Below, in pieces: positions 60,501 through 64,000 of a stretch of DNA of 64,000 nt (its first letter is position 1; each line of letters begins with the position of its first letter). The DNA lies in contig MU054925.1 of NCBI GenBank assembly GCA_013239625.1, forward strand, positions 34,513,538-34,577,537, read 5' to 3'. Position numbers and translations under genes: made by a program. A model generated the notes under the pieces. That model saw only the letters and a list, made by a program, of their open reading frames with translations, did not search any database and was not told the DNA's origin. The stretch is from Lama guanicoe. Lineage: Eukaryota.

Positions 60501-61601
60501 CACTGACGCGGTGCTGTTGCCTCCCCAGGATGCCCCGGTGGGTGACGTGGTCCTGCCGGTGGCCCTCAGCCCGCAGCCTCCTGCCCTGCACCCGCTGTTT
60601 GCTGTCGACGTGCCCATCTACGCCCTGCAGGTCTGGAAGCCGCACGGCTCTGCTTGGCTTAGACTGGGTCGGTCTGTCCCTGGGGTGGCCTCGCCCGACC
60701 CCGCGGGCTGGGTGGCGGGGTGGTTGTCCGCTTTCTAGGAAAACTGGGTGAGTGGCCTAGAAAAGTGCTGAGAAAGCTCGGCCACTTGCCGCAGACGGGG
60801 TGGGATTCCACACGCCTTTGAGAGGCTTCTCACTTGGAAACTGGTTCTTTTCTCCTCTGGAGGGAGCCTGCGGGGAGACAGACCTGGACAAATCAAATTG
60901 TTTGCTTGAATGAGTGGTCAAGCCAAGAATGGGTGGCCGTGGACAGGTCAGAATTGGGTACAGAATAATGAGCGTGTAGCCAGCAGATTTCAAACAGGTG
61001 TTTTAAAAATCAGTACAAGGAGTAACTGTAGATTTCTTTACGTTCAAATCGGGCTGTTCAGCACTTTCCGTGATGTCCAAGTCCATGCTGGATGGAGTGC
61101 TGTTCGGGGTGGGGTGACCTGGAGGGCTCGGCGACGAGTGTCCTCGGCCTGTGGGGCGTTATTGTCTCAGGGCTGCCCTTGAGGAGGGTGGGTTGGTCAC
61201 CACAAGTCAGCCAGAAGGCGGTGACCTCACCTGCGCTCTGGGGCTTCCTATAGGAGGAAGCGGGCCGGGGTGACATTGTGGCCGTGAGCTAGGCAGGCAG
61301 GCAGGCAGCTGGTGATGGTGGTTGCGCCCCCAGGGAGGGGTCACAGATGAAAGGGGGCCAGTCCGATCTTGAGGCCTGGCACTCAGGGCTGAGCACACCT
61401 TCCCTGGTTTTCTTCACGTTAATGTTTTCTTCTACAAGGACGCGTGCTTGGAAGGGGAGGCAGTTTTCTCAGTTCGGGTGGGGGTGCCCATGCCCGCCCC
61501 TCATGCTCTGCTTGCTTCTCCAGGAGGCGCTGCCCGCGGCTGGAGGGGCCGCCGGGCCCGAGGACGTCCCCAGCCTGGGGCGCAGCGGCAGCAGGCGGTG
61601 A
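38656..61601 (+). CDS. ZXDC: Zinc finger protein ZXDC (ZXD family member C; ten C2H2 fingers, CIITA co-activator), 10 coding exons
   Basis: Join 38656-39551 (two N gaps),41683-41835,41920-41998,42912-43042,46527-46697,48945-49576,51018-51102,59755-59906,60529-60630,61524-61601. All introns are GT-AG and phases are consistent from the end of exon 1 onward. The fingers are near-identical to recalled human ZXDC. The gene contains introns, so it is not the retrogene ZXDA or ZXDB, and it is syntenic with UROC1. Confidence 0.95.
38839..38871 (+). repeat. (GGC)11 coding trinucleotide repeat (poly-Gly)
   Basis: Eleven uninterrupted GGC codons in ZXDC exon 1. Confidence 0.9.
38938..39013. other. Assembly gap (76 N)
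   Basis: Run of N in ZXDC exon 1. Confidence 1.
39384..39541. other. Assembly gap (158 N)
   Basis: Run of N in ZXDC exon 1 covering fingers 3-5. Confidence 1.
41683..41835 (+). CDS. ZXDC: ZXDC exon 2
   Basis: CEKTFITVSALFSHNRAHFREQELFSCSFPGCSKQYDKACRLKIHLRSHT(G). Confidence 0.95.
41920..41998 (+). CDS. ZXDC: ZXDC exon 3
   Basis: ERPFVCDSDSCGWTFTSMSKLLRHK(R). Confidence 0.95.
42912..43042 (+). CDS. ZXDC: ZXDC exon 4
   Basis: KHEDDRRFTCPVEGCGKSFTRAEHLKGHSVTHLGTKPFVCPVE(G). Confidence 0.95.
46527..46697 (+). CDS. ZXDC: ZXDC exon 5
   Basis: CCARFSARSSLYIHSKKHLQDVAAPKSRCPVSSCDRLFTSKHSMKAHMVRQHRRPP(D). Confidence 0.93.
48945..49576 (+). CDS. ZXDC: ZXDC exon 6 (activation-domain region)
   Basis: LFPPLAAP...DLAALFSD...GILTIDVTSVSSSLGG...VPELLVPIKVEPD...GAGTGSLYL | gtatga. 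Confidence 0.92.
50816..50843 (+). terminator. Two tandem AATAAA signals in ZXDC intron 6 (candidate poly(A) site of the short isoform)
   Basis: AATAAA at 50816-50821 and 50838-50843, preceded by U-rich/TGTA sequence and followed by GT-rich gtcactgtcactgtca. Confidence 0.5.
51018..51102 (+). CDS. ZXDC: ZXDC exon 7
   Basis: EGGGPARTDSRAIQQAQERKQRGAGGHA(G); recalled human ESGGSARTDYRAIQLAKEKKQRGAGSNA. Confidence 0.9.
55002..55031 (+). repeat. 10-bp tandem repeat (TAGGGGAACG)x3
   Basis: taggggaacg taggggaacg taggggaacg. Confidence 0.9.
56737..57378 (+). repeat. Direct tandem duplication, 2 x ~320 bp, in ZXDC intron 7
   Basis: 56737-57055 and 57057-57378 are identical by eye except for an extra GAG in copy 2. 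Confidence 0.95.
59755..59906 (+). CDS. ZXDC: ZXDC exon 8
   Basis: AAGAARSEGQGDPGPASPSGLLWGSLVVPGGALPGPAPAGVPCVQVQLLQ | gtgaga. Confidence 0.85.
60529..60630 (+). CDS. ZXDC: ZXDC exon 9
   Basis: DAPVGDVVLPVALSPQPPALHPLFAVDVPIYALQ; recalled human ...FLTVDLPVYVLQ. Confidence 0.85.
61524..61601 (+). CDS. ZXDC: ZXDC exon 10 (last coding exon)
   Basis: ttctccag | EALPAAGGAAGPEDVPSLGRSGSRR-TGA; the first half matches recalled human EVLPSSGGPAGPE. Confidence 0.8.
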   Translation, partial: EALPAAGGAAGPEDVPSLGRSGSRR

Positions 61602-62476
61602 GGGCAGCACGGCCTGGGCCCAGCGGCTGCCCCGAAGGCCAGCCTGGCTCTTCAGAGACGCTGGGTACACTGACTGGGGACGCACCCCTCCTGTGTTGCA
61701 GCCAGGAGTGCTCGTCACGTTCGGGAAGGGCTGAGCGGGGGCAGGGTCTCCCCGGGGGACAGGACGGGTCCACCTGTCACAGGGAGCTGCATCCCACCCC
61801 GTGTCAGAGGGGCGTGAGGGGTGGAGCGGCCCCCAGGACCCGTGCAGACCCGGTTTAGTTAAGAGTTTAAAAATGATTTCTCTAACTTCTGTATTTCGGT
61901 ATTAGCGTTTAATGGTAGCTGGACAATGGTTTGCAAAGCCGCCTTCCGAGTACTGAGCTCCGTGCGGGACTGGACCCACATGTGTGTTTGTGTTGAGGTG
62001 GGAGGTGTGTGTGGAGCTGTACGTTTTCAGAGTGTTGCAAAAGGAGACCAGTTAGTAAACTTGCACATATTTATTTGTTATTTGCAGACTGGACACAGGG
62101 TTTCAAAAACGTTTTTTTTTTGTTTTTTGTTTTTTTTTGCCTTGTGACTTCTGAAGTGTGTTTCCTTAGATATTTTGATTCTCAGACTTGAATCATCCAA
62201 ACCCGGCCCCTTCTGCTTTGTCTTTGAGTTTGGGGCTTTTGGGCCTGACCCTCCCCCCACCCCGGCTCCATCCCAATTCCTCTCGTCCTGCTCGAGGGCA
62301 TCTCTGTGTAGGAATGGTTCCCATCACCCACCTTGGCCTGTGGTCTCCCTCCATGAGGGGCCGGGCCTCTGTCTTACACGCCCCCCGGTCAGGGTCCTCC
62401 AGGCGCTCAGAGCGGCTCTTGGGCTTCTGGGCACCAGGGTTCCCGGTGGGCGTTGGGGCACGGCCCAGCAGGAGTG

Positions 62477-62482
62477 AATAAA
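62477..62482 (+). terminator. Candidate ZXDC polyadenylation signal AATAAA
   Basis: First AATAAA I found after the ZXDC stop codon, about 875 nt downstream. Confidence 0.6.
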
Positions 62483-62947
62483 AGCCTTTGCACAGTGGCA
62501 GCTGGAAGGTCGACAGCATTCTTCCTTCAACCGATGGTTACAGCCTTTCACTCGCCCAGCTCATCAGTCCCACCCCAATCTCAGGCTGGAACTGAGATTC
62601 CAGATTTACTTTAAAATAATTTTAACAGGGGACTTAAACTAAGTGTTTTGCTGGGAAAAAAAAAAGCAAGCAAGCGATAATACATGCGGGGAGCGGATGG
62701 GGGGGGCAGGGCCCTGTCCTGGTCATGCAGCCACCAGGGCTGGACCATCATCCCAACCCAGGTGTCCCCACCGAAGTGCAGACACGCCTCTTCCTCCAGC
62801 ATCTCCGGTCACCTGCCCTCCACATGCACCCACCAATGTGCGTCTCAGCCCCTGACAGGCATCCACACGAGGGCCCAGCCGGGGAGGCTGCGTCCTGCTC
62901 CTACGGGCACAGGGGACGTTGCACAGCGCAGCTGGACTCCTGAGCTC

Positions 62948-63142
62948 CTAGGAAGGTCCGGGCACTGGTCCTGAGAGGCCTCCCGTCAGGAGCCCGTGGC
63001 TGAGGAAGCAGAGTGCCAGGAGGCTGGTGCCTAGCAGATCTCCCAGCCCCGTGAGGTAGGGGATGCAGTGGCTGTCCGGGTCCAGGGCCTGGTGCCACGT
63101 CAGCCGCACCGCCACTTCCGCCAGGTACAGCAGGACTGTCAC
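62948..63142 (-). CDS. SLC41A3: Solute carrier family 41 member 3 (MgtE-like Mg2+ transporter), last coding exon
   Basis: cag | [67 protein letters not shown]. Contains the MgtE DPD..IPYLT.LGD motif; recalled human [39 protein letters not shown]. Confidence 0.93.
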   Translation of the reverse strand: MTVLLYLAEVAVRLTWHQALDPDSHCIPYLTGLGDLLGTSLLALCFLSHGLLTGGLSGPVPGPS

Positions 63143-63575
63143 CTGTCACGACAAGCCAGCACAGCAGATGCCCACCGTGTAGGCCGTGTCGCCCAGAAAC
63201 CGGCAGATGGCAAGAGCAGGCGTGAGGTGGGCGTGTTCCCCCCCACAGCTGGCCCTTCGTGAAGGTGCCTTGACCTCTGGTCAGGGCTCAGTCCCTCACC
63301 CGGCCAACCCACCCTTCCCTGCCGCTGCCTCCCTGACTGCAGCCAGTTCATTAGCTGGACCCGCTGTCTGTCACAGCAGCCCTTGCCTGGTCCCCTGGTG
63401 AGGAGTGTGCGGGGTCGGGTGAGCCTGCAGAGCCTGCGTGCAGCCAGCCACCTGCCGGGCACCTGGCTCGTGCCCTTGCACTTGACTGTGTATCCTGAAG
63501 CCCCTGACCCCACCCTCAGCTCTTCCCAGGACGGGGCATAGCGAGCTGACGTGGCAGATGTGCGTGTGTCCTCAC

Positions 63576-63724
63576 CTGGACCAGGCCTGCTAGCAGGTAG
63601 AGCACCACGAAGGTCTTGTCATTGGGGACCGTCGGGCCTTCCACCAGGCGGACGATGTAGAAGAAGAGCAGGTGGCCTGGAGCCGCTAGCAAGAGCAGGA
63701 CGCGGGCCGATGTGGAGTTGACTT
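63576..63724 (-). CDS. SLC41A3: SLC41A3 penultimate coding exon; gene continues off the right edge
   Basis: ctgcag | (E)VNSTSARVLLLLAAPGHLLFFYIVRLVEGPTVPNDKTFVVLYLLAGLVQ | gtgagg; phase is compatible with the last exon. Confidence 0.93.
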
Positions 63725-64000
63725 CTGCAGGAGACAGCCAAGGGCATGAGCTGTGGCACGTGGGTCTCCGGGGAGGCGCACGGTCACCCTGCTCCCACTC
63801 GGGCGTGCACTGAGCACCTGCAGCAGAAGTGGTTCCAGCGGACGGGGACACGGTCCTGTCACCCCTTGGGGAGCCACCATTTCAGGGAAGAGAGAGAAAC
63901 CAGAACAGCAGAAATAGAGAGGAAGGTCACGCCTATCCATGACACATCAGGAGGGACATGGAAATCAAAGTGGGGGACGGTGTGCCAAGACCAAAGAGGG

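Noticed and set aside
1-64000. A novel multi-gene biological system
   Set aside because: All convincing coding sequence is explained by four known mammalian genes. The remaining ORFs lack splice, codon or domain support, and I cannot support a claim of a new system from this sequence.

Overview
GC-rich mammalian genomic DNA, very probably from a camelid, judged by a Vic-1-like tRNA-Ala-derived SINE with a perfect target-site duplication at 5367-5489. It is orthologous to human 3q21.3. Four protein-coding genes were traced by hand with GT-AG boundaries and consistent phases. (1) CHST13 coding exon 1 (- strand, 2605-2689) in a CpG island. (2) A complete, intact 20-exon UROC1 urocanate hydratase gene (+, 7264-34520; 2031 nt = 676 aa + stop). 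(3) The 10-exon zinc-finger gene ZXDC (+, 38656-61601), with two N-gaps in exon 1. (4) The last two coding exons of SLC41A3 (-, 62948-63724). The rest is introns with old repeats (MIR, L1, MER21-, MLT1- and MLT2-like LTRs) and microsatellites. Almost all ORFs in the supplied track are GC-rich noise. I found no evidence of a novel multi-gene system. The best second-look items are: ZXDC directly convergent with SLC41A3 (gene order differs from human/mouse as I recall it); a remodelled ZXDC C-terminus lacking the TINLQDL motif; an in-frame, stop-free, hairpin-forming 84-nt intron inside a zinc-finger linker; a conserved short-isoform read-through stop; and a near-perfect 320-bp tandem duplication. 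Comparisons to human proteins are from recalled sequences, not from a database search.
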